In this document: positions 35,744 through 48,163 of the stretch, one piece after another
Layout of the letters: the number at the start of each line of letters is the position of its first letter
How positions within the stretch are numbered: the stretch's first letter is position 1
NCBI GenBank assembly: GCA_964016885.1
Contig: OZ024742.1
Location: 292,268,001 to 292,332,000 of the forward strand
Source of the DNA: Eledone cirrhosa
Lineage: Eukaryota
Direction of reading: 5' to 3'
Length of the DNA stretch: 64,000 nucleotides
Notes under the pieces: model-generated
Databases searched by the model: none
Told to the model about the DNA's origin: nothing
The model's input: only the letters and a program-made list of their open reading frames with translations
Made by a program: the position numbers and the translations under genes

Positions 35744-38700
35744 AATATTGTGTACAGTGCCCAGGTACACCACAACTCATCAAAAAGTGCATGTACAGTA
35801 CATAGGGCAATGCACAAGCATCAGTAAAATGAACAGTGCACGAGTCATGATACACACATGTGTGCATGTGTATGGAAGGGGTACATCAGGTGTAGCCTTG
35901 GCGTATTTCGGGAAGCATGAGTGTCTTAAAGGATGCAGTGTCTCGGCAGCTAACAACTGACGCAGGCAGTTTATTCCATGCTTCAGCAACTCTGAGCGTG
36001 AAAAAATGTCTACGAAAGTCATGGGAGCTGTGCTGTTTTCTGATCTTGTAGGCATGTCCACGTGTGTTAGACACATGGAGATCAAAAAGGTGCTCAGGGT
36101 TGCAATTGGCGAGATGGTTAATAACTTTGTGGGTATTCACCAAGTCCATTGCCAGACGTCGGAGCTTCAATGAATCCATGCCCAGGGAAGCAAGGCATTC
36201 AGAGTATGGTAGGTGTCTGATGGAGGGTATGCGCTTGGTTGCACGTCTCTGAATAGTTTCCAGGAGGTCAATGTTCTGAGCAAGATAAGGGTTCCAAACT
36301 GATGTTGCGAATTCCAAGTGTGGTCGTACCATAGCTGTATACAGTTTTAAATAGATGGCTGGAGTACGGTTAACAAAGGTCTTGCTGAGTGATGTCAAGA
36401 CACCCTCGGCCTTCTTGACAATCTTAGAGACATGCGTTGTCCAACGCAAATCGCTGCTGACAGTAATGCCCAGGTCACGTTCACAAGAGGACTTCTTGAT
36501 ATCAGTGTTGTGGAGGGAGTATGTGGACGCTGGATTTTTCCTTCCAAAATGCATGGTGGTACACTTGTCCACAGCCAGCTTCAGTTGCCAGTCTGTGATC
36601 CATTGCTGCATTGTGTCCAGGTCTGATTGTAGGAAAGAGTTGTAAATTTCAGGATCAGTCCTTTTGATTTCAAGGTACAGCTTGATGTCATCTGCATATT
36701 TCAGTACTGTGGCATTCTGTAAGTTGGCATCTATGTCATTAATATATGCCACAAACAAAAGGGGACCAAGAACAGATCCCTGTGGTACACCACATTACAT
36801 CTCATATGGTGAAGAATGCTGTCCTAGAACCGTGACTACTTCTTTTCGGCTGAGAATGAAGGATTTCAACCAGTCGAAAAGATCATCCCTCACACCCATT
36901 GCAGAGAGTTTTGCCATAAGTCTTTTGTGTGGCACAGAATTAAAAGCCTTAGCAAAGTCAAGGTAAACAACATCCACCCATGAGCCGCTGTCAGTGATCC
37001 GAGTGATGTCTTCAAGGAACTCGATAAGCTGATCACAGCAGCTGGAGTTAGGGATAAATCCAAACTGTGAGGGCCGGATGAGGCTGTGAGAGCTCCAGAA
37101 GTTCCAAAGTGTTTCTCTGATACAGGATTCCATCAGTTTGGCAATAGAAGCTAGTAAGACTGACTGGACGATAGTTGACAGGTGACATGCGGTTGCCCTT
37201 TTTGAACAGGAAAATGACACTGGCAGTTTTCCTCTGCTCCGGAGTAGCACCATTGTTGAGACAGTATTGAAAGAAGAAAGAAAGCTGGCGCAAAAGGAAA
37301 TACCCGCCACGTTTGAGAAGCAGGTATGTCACACCATCAAGACCAGCGGAGGCATAGTTGCGCTTATTCTTAAGGTGACGTCGCAACATTGCAGGTGTAA
37401 ATTCCATAGTTGTTATGGAATTTGATGTTAGAGATGGTGGAGATGGTACATTCTGGTTTTCAACAGTAAAAATACTTGCATAGCACTCAGCAATGAGTTC
37501 TGCGCATTCTTTGGGATCGTCCGTGATCTGGCTTGTGTGGGGATTGCGAAGAGGTCCAACTGGAGAGCGAGGTCTCTGCTTTGAATGAACATATTTCCAG
37601 AACACCTTACTGTCAGGATTGGTTGCTATGCACTGTTCAAATTCAAGCACTGCCTTCTTTGTCACTTGCTTGAGATGGTTAGAAGATTTATTCCGCTTTT
37701 TTCTGTTGGCATCTGATTTATGCAGTTTATATTCCCCTTCAGCGTTCCGACGTTCTTTCCTGGCAAGTCGGACCGCTGAAGTTTCCCAAATTGAACTTTT
37801 GGGGTGGTTATTTTTCCGCTTACGTGGCACCGATGCTGCACATGCTATCTATATTGAGTCCAGGATGCTCTGGAGTATAGTGTTCACATCTCCAGAGTTA
37901 TACATCTCATGCCAGTTTGGGCGCTGTAGCTCAGTGCAGTACAAATTCCAATCCGCCCTCTTCCAATCAAAGCAAGCAGATTGGAGATGGCTTTGGTTTT
38001 TGTTGGTGCCCTCAAGTGCCAGATTGGCAATGATCATAGCATGATCAGAGTCGCCTAAAGGTTCCTCAGTAGTACAACTGATAACCACTTCAGGAGTAGT
38101 GGTGAAGATCAGGTCCAAAGTGTTGTCACCTCTTGTTGGAGAGGTGACTACTTGTGACCAGTTTGAGTCCAGCACTAGTTCAAGGAAATCGTTTGCACCT
38201 TGTGGCCAATGAAAGGTTTCCCAATCGATCTCAGGATGATTGAAGTCACCTGCAATAAACACATAAGTGGCTGTTTTCTTGGCAGCAACTCTGAGGATAT
38301 CGCAAAGATGTGTGTCCTGATGGTAGTTTGGGGGGCGATAAACAACACCAAGCAGAAGTGTTGACATGGTCATACGTATGTCACTGAAAAAAACTTCTTC
38401 CTGTGATTCGTTCAAATCAACGCAAGGAATTACCGAAAAGTTTGAACGAACGTAGACCATCACACCACCACCACGCCGATTAATGCGGTCCTTGCGGAAA
38501 AGGTTGTACCCAGTAATGCTGAAAACCCCATCACAGAGTAAGGAATGTGCCCATGTTTCTGTGACTGTGATGAAGTCAGGGTCGATGTTTCTGACGTAGG
38601 ATTCAAACAGATGTATCTTGTTGCATAAACTGCGAGCATTTAAGGACAACAATTTGTACCCTGCTCGCAGTTTATGATGGTGTGTAGAGGGTGGCAGGTT

Positions 38701-39050
38701 GTTCTGGTTTAGTTTCCCAGAGTTGTAGCAGTTTTTACATTGCCAGTTATTGTGGGTAGATCACACTCAGACCAGCTGGTATCTCTCTTCCACGTTTCAT
38801 CAGCCTTGACAAACCTCCAGATCTGCCCATCATCACGCAGACTAAAACTTTCATGTTGTGCTGAGTTCCGATTCAAGGAAGCTGCAGCACGGAGCTTTGG
38901 ACGTACATGGATCCCTAAGGGATGTAGTGATTTGTTTTTTTTTTTCCCCCTTTTTCCCCGTCCATGTCCACACGTGGTTTGTTGGCGAAAATCAAGTCAA
39001 ATTAAATATACTTCGTTAAAATAATTCTATGTTGAAGCTGGTACTAGTTG
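35686..39050 (-). mobile_element. CR1-clade LINE (APE-RT ORF2 with frameshifts, (ATT)n tail)
   Basis: SLNARSL, VTETW, RGGGV, VYRPP, GDFNHPEIDW, SDH; NYRPVSLTS, YLDFAKAFNSVPH, YADDIKLY, RPHLEFA, TRGH, FFTLRVAEAWNKLP. The 5' end is approximate and no ORF1 was seen. Confidence 0.92.
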
Positions 39051-39072
39051 TCAGGGAACAGTCAGAGTAATT

Positions 39073-39453
39073 GTAATAATTGTTTCTACTTTTGGCACAA
39101 GGCCATCAATTACCCAGTACATTACTGGTACTTTATTTTATCGACCCTGTAAGGATGAAAGGCAAAGTTAACCTCGGCGGGATTTGAACTCAGACCGTAA
39201 AGGGACGTAACTATGCTGGAAAGCATGGCGTCCGACTCTCTACCGATACTGCCAATCCACCTTATTGTAATAATTGTTTCTACTTTAGGCACAAGGCCAG
39301 CAATTACCCAGTGCATTACTGGTACTTTATTTTATCGACCCCGTACGGATGAAAGGCAAAGTCAACCTCGGCGGGATTTGAACTCAGATCGTAAAGGGAC
39401 GTAACTATGCTGGAAAGCATGGCGTCCGACCCTCTACCGATACTGCCAATCCA
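39073..39453 (-). mobile_element. Two tandem SINE family B copies
   Basis: Near-identical ~190-bp units, separated and flanked by ATTGTAATAAT. Confidence 0.88.
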
Positions 39454-39731
39454 CCAACCTTATTGTAATAATGAATATTGTAATCCATCTGACATGTGTT
39501 TAAAGGGCAGTTTTTGGTGAAAATATTATATTTTGTTTGGTCAAGACGTGGTCAAGCGACCTTCCTTGTCGCCATCTTGGTCTATATATTCGATAAAGCT
39601 TCTAATTTTCTCATAAATTTTGTGCTAAAAGTAAAAATCATCGTCACTATACCATCCTCTGTCAGCTTTATTGTCCTCTTAGTGTTAGTTCTGTGTGGCT
39701 AATAAAGAAACCATTATTATTATTAGGACAG

Positions 39732-39938
39732 TGTATTGGCAGTATCGGTTGGGCATCGGACACCCTGCTTTGCAGCTTAGATTTACGGCCCTTTACATTC
39801 TAAGTTCAAATCCTGCATAGGTTAACTTTGCCTTTCATCCTTACGAAGTCGATAAATTAAAGTACCAGCAACACACTGGAATCGATTTCACCCTCCCCTT
39901 CAAATTGCTGGCCTTGTGCCAAATGTAGAAACAATTAT
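39732..39938 (+). mobile_element. SINE family B (older, longer variant)
   Basis: Homologous, with an extra ggaatcgatttcaccctcccctt segment. Confidence 0.8.
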
Positions 39939-40037
39939 TTTATTTTTTTAATTTTTGTCATGCAGCATAGATGGAAAATGCACCAGAGTATTTAGTCATT
40001 AGTGTAGCTATATGTCTGTCTGTCTATCAACCTGTCT

Positions 40038-40154
40038 ATCATCATCATCATCATCACCGTTTTACGTCCGTTCTTCCATGCTAGCATGGGTTAGACGGGT
40101 TGTCCTGTTGTGGGCAGTGTCTGGTCGGCTGACCATGCCTTGCTCACACAGAAC
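40038..40154 (-). mobile_element. RTE 3' terminal fragment
   Basis: Reverse complement of ~7240-7327 with a (ATG)n tail. Confidence 0.8.
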
Positions 40155-40170
40155 TATCTATCTATCCATC

Positions 40171-41876
40171 AGAGATGCCCTCTCTCCTCTATTCTGTATG
40201 TACTGACTCTCGAGCCATTACTGCGGAAGTTGGAGCTGTTGCAGGGCATCCCGATCGAACCAGGACTGCAGAAAGCAGCGTCAGCCTATGCCGACGACAT
40301 AACCGTAATGGTGTCGAAAACCTCGGGAATCGGGGTAATTGGCAACCTATTACAGGAATACGAAACGTTGACAGGAGCAAGACTAAACCCAAACAAGTCT
40401 GTCGGTCTACAACTCAGCCCATGGAGAGGCAAACCCATGCCTTCTGACAGTGTCGTTGAACGCTGAACGGAAGGACCGGTGAAATTGCTCGGGGTCTGGT
40501 TTGGTCCAGACCTCCAGGTGGACAAGAACTGGAACGAGGTCATGGAGAAGATGTTTGCACTCACCCAGAAGTGGGCTGAGTGCAAACTCTCCTTGAAAGG
40601 TCAAGCGGAGGTGGCGAACACTTACATAGCATCCGTCATCTACTACCACTTGCAGTCGTGCCTTGTCCCCGTGAATAGCTTACCAAAATGGAACACTTAC
40701 TCTTCAAGCTCCTCTGGAAAAAACAGGCTCCATTGGTGAGGAGATCCATCTGCTGTCAACACCCTTCTAACGGAGGGCTGGGCATGCCGTGGCTGATGAT
40801 GCACAAACATGCGCTGAGACTACGCCATCTCCAGGTATTCCTGACTGGTGAACCGGTGTGGCTGTCGTTTGTGAGACAAGCTTTTCCACAACTCGCCTCA
40901 CTAACAGAGCTGCAGTCCTGGGTCAAGCGAAGACCGAAAATGGGTGCCTGGCACCTCGAGTGGCTTCAGGTGCTCACAGCCCTCTACAAAGCGGAAACTT
41001 CAACATTCTATAGGGGATTAGTGGAAGATAAGTGCAACAACGTTCTCGGGGAAACTCTAGGCATCGAGGAGGACGAACTGACCAGTCTGTTTGGGAGGAC
41101 TTTCCGTCCAGGGCCTATCGATAACTTTCAGAGGTCTCTGGCCTGGCAGTGTTACCGAGGAGCTCTACCAGTTTGAGACAAAATCTACAGGCACGGACGC
41201 CCTGGCAGAGATCCTGCCAAAAGGACCTGTCCAAGATGCAAGCAGGACATCGAAACCGTTCTGCACGCAATTGTTCAGTGCCCAGAGGTGACTGACCTGT
41301 GGAATTATGTCGAACAGCTAGTCACATGTGAGATGCATCCAGTTATCAACCGAGTCCATCATGAGGATCACCCCGCCGCCTTCATTTAAGAACGAAGGAG
41401 AGGCAGTTTTCCTCTGTCTGGTGGCTATGGCGAAAGAGGTAATATGGTGGATGAGGTTAAAAGGATTGAGGGCAAACACCTTTCTCTCCGGACAACAACT
41501 TATCCCCTTCTTTAAGTACCACTTCAGAAGGAAAGTGAGAGTGGAGAGAGAGGTGCTACACCCCAGTAATTTTGCTGAAAGGTGGGTGAATGTGGCGAAA
41601 ATGGCCCGAGTGAACGGGCCTTCTCTGTATATAAATCTGTAGGTTGAAGAAGATAAACAGAGGGAAGACAGGAACACCTACAAAACATGTTCCTGGTGTT
41701 GAGGGTTGTTCTATCCATGGGGTGTAAAACAACCCTGCAGTAATGCTCCCCACTATTGGGGATTTCAATTGTTATTTATTAATGTTAAAGTTATATGATT
41801 TTTTATGTAAAACCCCCGCCCGCCATCACATCTTGTAATGTCCCATTTTTGTACGCCCCTGTGGCAAATAAAGAAA
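40171..41876 (+). mobile_element. 5'-truncated Tx1/L1 LINE (second subfamily)
   Basis: CPLS..AYADD..LLGVWFGPDLQ..CPRC..ETVLHAIVQC; AATAAA. 15-bp TSD ATCTATCTATCCATC at 40156-40170 and 41884-41898, inside (TATC)n. Confidence 0.9.
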
Positions 41877-42929
41877 GATATCAATCTATCTATCCATCTA
41901 TCTATCTATCTATCTTTCTATCTATCTATCCATCCACCAAACCTTTTCTAGCAAATTATATCTACACTTAGAAAATACACTCACAGTATGAAGAATATGT
42001 TTGTCAGCTGAAAAAAATTAACATTTGTAAACAGGTCTTTAATTAAAATGAAAAACCAACGATTTAAATATTTTTTCCCCTTTAATTTCATTCTGTTTGT
42101 TGAAAAATAGAATTAAAAAAGAAGATTGTTCTATAATTTTAAAATAATCTTTGATTTTTTCCTTGCTATTTACAGATCAGACTATTTGAGTTTTTAATCT
42201 AAATATTTGCATATTTGAATTTGTGTAGAGAAAAAACATGTTGTTATATGGCAGTATGAATGATTTTTCTAATTCTAATCAATTTATTATAAAAAGTAAA
42301 TTATTGCTATTTTACTGCAATGGTATTTACACAAAAATATATGAAGTAGCCATTTTTATAGTCATTTCATCTTTCTTGTTCTCTTTTGTTTTTTGTATCA
42401 TTGTATTTTGTCAACATCACCATCAACGTTATTATCAATATGTATGTGATGCTATTAATGAAGATGCAACATCAACACCATACATACCAGCAGGACCACC
42501 ACCACCACCACCACTATCCTATCACCACCATCACAACCCCACTACCTCTATCCCGCCATCAGCACCACCACTATCCTATCACAACCATCACAACCCCACT
42601 AACACTATCCCACCACCACCACCACCACCAACATTACCACTCCAATGTATGAGCAAGGAATGATATCCAAATTGCTTTGTCTCAGATTAAAATGATCTGT
42701 CCAAACCATGCAATAACAAAGATATTAAATATGTAATGATATTGAATGGCAGTGCTCCAGCATGGCCTCAGCCTCTTGACTAAAACACGTAATAGAGTAA
42801 TTGATACAAAATATTAAATATTAGAATATATATCTAATGTGTTAACAGCATTGCTATAGCCTTCTTTAACACACTGTTGTCTATATATTCCATAAGACTT
42901 GAAACAATCTACAACACTGTTGATCATTA

Positions 42930-43395
42930 TCATCATTAATGTCCATTTTTCCATGCTAGCATAGGTTAGACGAGTTGTCCCGTTGTGAGAAATGCCAGGT
43001 CAGGTCACCATGTCTTGCTCGTACAGAACTGGTTTTGCCTTGGTTCCTATAGCTGGATGCCCTTCCTAACACCAACCACATTTACAGTGTGGACTGGGTG
43101 TTTTTTGTCGTGACACCTACATGACCACTTTATAGTGTGGACTGGGTGCTTTTTGTCATGACACCTACATGACCACTTCACAGTGTGGACTGGGTGCTTT
43201 TTGTCGTGACACCTACATGACCACTTTACAGTGTGGACTGGGTGCTTTTTGTCATGACACCTACATGACCACTTTACAGTGTGGACTGGGTGCTTTTTGT
43301 CGTGACACCTACATGACCACTTTACAGTATGGACTGCGTGTTTTTTGTCGTAACACCTATATGACAACTTTACAGTGTGGACTGGGTGCTTTTTA
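42930..43395 (-). mobile_element. RTE 3'UTR fragment containing a 48-bp minisatellite
   Basis: About 6.5 tandem units TTACAGTGTGGACTGGGTGCTTTTTGTCGTGACACCTACATGACCACT at 43082-43395. Confidence 0.88.
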
Positions 43396-44937
43396 TTGTG
43401 TTCTATTTTATTATAAATATATAATGTAAACACATTCCACATTAGCTTGAATGGTGCAACTTTCCCTTCTTCCTCTTCTTCTTCATCATCATCTTCTTTT
43501 TCTTCTTCCTCTTCTTCATTATCGTTGTAGTTGTTGTCATCATCTACTTCTTCTTGAAATCAATCAATACATATTGACCAGTTAATAAGGAGCCACTTGT
43601 AATCCGTAATCCTAACAAATAACCATTTATTGAATGTTATACTGGTGGTGGTGCTGGTGGTGCTGGTGCGACAGCTGTTGGTAGAGATGTATCTGATGAT
43701 ACCATGAATATTCTTTTTTGTTTATTTACTATTCTCCTCCTCCTCCACAATGTCATCATTAACATCATCACCATCATCATCGTCATCATAGCCATAATTT
43801 AAAATGTCTATTAATTCTGTAAAATGACATCTTTAACCAAGTTTTCCATCAATAATTATGTTATTTTAATCATGACCACATATAACTCATTAATCCTAAA
43901 TTCTTCAGTTATGACATAAATACATCATTCATTGTCATATATATAACTCATTAGTTTTAAATACATCAGTTATAATCTAAATACAACAGTCAGGGATAGA
44001 CATGTGCTCTGTAAGCTGTAGTGAAGGCAACCCGTCTAGGAGAGTTGACAATCCAAATAAAAACTAATACAAGTTGGAGAGAACGCTTGAGTCCAGTACG
44101 ACAACCTCTCTAGTGTTGATGGCATGAATGTTGCACCCAGTCCACACTGTAAAGTGGTTGGTGATAAGAAGGGCATCTAGTCTGAAAAACCCCACCAAAA
44201 AACATGGTCCAATCCATGCAAGTGTGGAAAAACAGATGTAAAAACAAGGATGATGATGATGATGATTGTCAGATACATAATTCTTCTTCTTTCTCTCCTC
44301 CCCTCCTCCTTCTTCTTCTTCTTCTTCTTCTTTACAGGATCATGGGTACAGAGTCTTCAAACACTCCTAGTAGGTCCTGTCAGAAGCCAATTGATACAGC
44401 TGGATCCCAAAGCAAGACCAGCTGAGCTCATGATTGAAACAACGCAAAAATATGGAATATGGAACATATGAGCAAAACATGGTCCCCATGATCAGTCTAG
44501 TCTCAGACCTGGACAACACCTCCGACCTATGACAGCTTAGAAAGTGATCATAAATTAATGTTGATGATGATAATGTCGAGGAGACATCAAAACTAGAAAT
44601 TCAATAAAGATCTTAAGAACTCTAGAACAACAACTACAACAATATTTTTCTTGGTAAATTTCCAGTGCACTTTATTAGAATTCCCTCCAATATATCTTGT
44701 TTCAATTCTATAAATCATTCCATGGGGACATGTTGGCTGAAGTCTTGGAAATAAGAGAACTAGGCACCTCCTCATTGGCCAAACATTCCATTTCTTAAAT
44801 CTATTAAACGATAAAGGAACAAAATGAACATGTTGGTCAAGGTTTCATTTACAAGTGAGAAAAACAAAGAAATAAATGACATTGTTACATATATACATTG
44901 ATATATGATATAATATATATGTGTTACACACACACAA

Positions 44938-44981
<44 letters not shown>

Positions 44982-45199
44982 TGATTTGTTTGTATATTGA
45001 TCTGTTTAGATGTTAACTGTCCTAGAGATCTTATTGATTCTGAAGAACATCAGTGTTTCATTTGCTCAGAGTCTGGAATTCTTCTATAGTAAACGTCTGT
45101 AGTTGAACACATATTATAGCAAACATCAATTTTCTCACATGTAATTGACTTCAACTAATAGTAAATAAACATTTAAATTAACTTTGAAGTAACACCAAC

Positions 45200-45830
45200 C
45201 CAGCCACACACTATACTAGTTCACATTGCACTTCACCAAAGCACATCACATCACACTGCACATTACAGCACACTGCACATCACACCACACTACACTTCAC
45301 CACATGACATCACACCATACTGCACTTCACCACAGCATATCATATCACACTGCACATTACACCACACTGCACATCATACCGCACTACACTCACCACAGCA
45401 CATCATATCACATTCCACATTACACCACACTTCACATCATACCACACTACACTTCACCACAGCACATCCCACCACACTGCACTTCATATGATATCACACC
45501 ACATTGCATTTCACTACAGTGAATCACACCACACTGCACCACATCATACTACAGCATGCTACCCTTCATCATACAACACCACACACTGCACCACACAACA
45601 GCATACTTCACTATACTACACTACACCATACAACATCACAACACATTACACCACACTACACCACAGCACACTACATGACACAACATTGCACTTTACTCCA
45701 CCACACTTCATCCCAGCACACACCATACCACATGTGCAACACATCACACCCTACCATATGATACTGCACCACACCACCACAACACCAAACCACAAACCAC
45801 CCCAGCCCACTCCACCCACACCATACTTCC
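45200..45830. repeat. Degenerate (CACAC/ACATC)n pentanucleotide repeat
   Basis: Direct inspection; source of the His/Thr-rich ORFs. Confidence 0.85.
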
Positions 45831-45869
45831 TACATCAGTCAAACTCATACATTCCAAATTTGTGCATAT

Positions 45870-46600
45870 TTTCTACAGCCTGATGCCCTTTCTAATGTCA
45901 ACCCCTTTACAGAGTGTATTGAGTTCATTTTATTATGACACCAGTACAAGAGAGGCTGCTAAGTCCTTGACAAGACTAAAGAGTTTTCACTACATCACAT
46001 AATTTCTGTTTGATTGTTAATTCTTTTACAGAATGTACTTGGTGCATTTTATTGTAACACTGACACAAAAGAAGTCGTCCTCCATAAGATTAGAGAATCT
46101 TCTTTACATTACATAGCTTCTGTTTGATTGTCAACCAGTTTATAGAGTGTACGGGGTGCATTTTATGGCATCAGCACTAGAGAGATTGCTATATCCTCAA
46201 CGTGACTTAAAGAGTCCCCTCTACCCTATGTTGTCTTTGTTTGAACACCAACATTTTATTGTGACGCCAGCACTAGAGAAGTTGTTGGATCCTCAACAAG
46301 ACTAAAGAGCACCCTCTTCATCTGAATGCCAACCCTTTTACAGAGTGTACAGGTTGTATTCTATCAGGGCACAGACACTAGAGAAGATGTCTTGTCTTCA
46401 AGACTTATGCCTCTCCTCTACCTTCTGCAGTCTCCATTCAATTGTCAACTACTTTACTGAGTGTACTGGGTGTATATTTTGTGTCACCAACACTAGCAAG
46501 GTTATTATACTCTCGACAGGATTACATGAACCCTTCTACCCTATATAGTCTCCTTTCAATTACAAACACTTTACAGAGTGTCCTGGGTGTATTTTATTGT
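45870..46600. repeat. Degenerate ~115-bp tandem array derived from RTE 3'UTR sequence
   Basis: Six to seven units containing tttacagagtgtac..ggtg..tttt....caccagcactagagag. Confidence 0.65.
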
Positions 46601-48065
46601 GAAAATAAATTTATGTTGCATTCAAAGTGAAGGTGTTCATATTTTATTGATAAAATATTTTTTAATTTTGGAATGTGTTTAGATTTATAGCTTAAAATAT
46701 ATTTTATTTCAGACACACGAGAGACATCTGAACAAACATTAAAGTAATTACAATTAATTAATTTAATAAAGACTCATTATTGATATATTCCCTGGTAACA
46801 GAAACTCTCCAACTATTTCATTCTCCAGAAAACAATTTCATTTCGTAAAATACATCTGTACATTTTTTACACAAAACAGTCTATCATTGTAAGTAGTTTC
46901 TTAACTTAAGAAACACACACATACTTGTATATATATAAACACATACACATACACACATAATACATATACTTATATATATATATAGGATAACTTTTCCTTG
47001 TAAATATGCACACATATATATACAAGCATTGTAACACTAAAAGTAAATGCAGTAAGAGATAGGAGACTATGTGAAGAGATCTCTTTAGCCTTCAATGGAT
47101 AAGACACTTTCTGGAGTCATAATAGAATGTTTATGGTACCTGTCTCTTTATAAAGGGTGGGTGAACAGACAAACACATTATAGGGTAGTGAGGACCCTCT
47201 AGCCCTGTTGAGTAACTGACAACCTCTCAAGGGCTGGGGCCATGATAAAATGTGCTCAGTACACTCTGAAAACTGATTGGTATTTGAATGAAAACATGAC
47301 TAGGTTGACATATGTTGGTGCAACTTTTCTCTCCTTGATTGTTCCTGCTTTTTGTTGGTATGTTGTTTTGTTGAACATGAAATATTTTTTTTTAAGTTCT
47401 TCCTTCAGTTTATCTTTAAAAAAATTATTTCATGTTCAACAAAACAACCTACTGACAAAAATAAGGAAAAGTCATAGAGACAAAAATTGTGCTAACATAT
47501 GCCAACCTAATCATGGAATAACATAAATTAAAAATCTCCAAACAATCCTCACAAATTTTGGGGGATGAAATTAGCTGTTATGTAAAGAAAACTGGAAAAG
47601 ATACCTGGATGACTGATTTATTTAGGGAAGGGAAATCTTGACAAACTAAAAAAAAAAACAACTAAATTTACAGTCCCATCAGAACAAGGAATGGCATGGC
47701 CAATTCTTGCCAAACTTGTCTCTCAATGCAGACAACTCATCTGACCCATGCAAACATGGAAAAATGGATGTTAAATGGTGATAATGATGATGATGATGAT
47801 GATAATAATATATATATATATAATGGGGAGGTCATGCAACCATTAGAAACCATGCCAAAATGGCACATGTGAACAAGATGTGGTTCCCTCAGACATGTCT
47901 AGTTGCAAACTATGACAACCCATCCAACCATATAAAAAGAGACATAAAGTAATGAAGGGGGATATATATAACAGGCTTCCACACAGCTTCTGGCTACCAA
48001 TTTTATTCACAAATTATTAATGAATTAGACCAACATTTATCCACCATTAAAAATACTTCAACACT

Positions 48066-48163
48066 AATGTTTCTACTTTAGGCACAAGGCCAGCAATTAC
48101 CCAGTACATTACTGGTACTTTATTTTATCGACCCCGTAAGGATGAAAGGCAAAGTTAACCTCA
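48066..48163 (-). mobile_element. SINE family B, 3' half
   Basis: Homologous to the other copies. Confidence 0.8.

Noticed and set aside
42238-42663. 141-aa ORF with a hydrophobic stretch and Pro-rich tail as a single-exon membrane protein
   Set aside because: The hydrophobic part is T-rich intron-like sequence and the tail is a (CCA)n repeat. Only the first 58 nt are kept as a weak exon candidate.
43082-43395. CRISPR-like regular repeat and the 131-aa KKHPVHTVKWSCRCHD repeat ORF
   Set aside because: Units are head-to-tail with no unique spacers, derive from the RTE 3'UTR, and there are no cas genes. The context is eukaryotic.
45226-45883. His/Thr-rich ORFs
   Set aside because: Degenerate pentanucleotide repeat, open in several frames.
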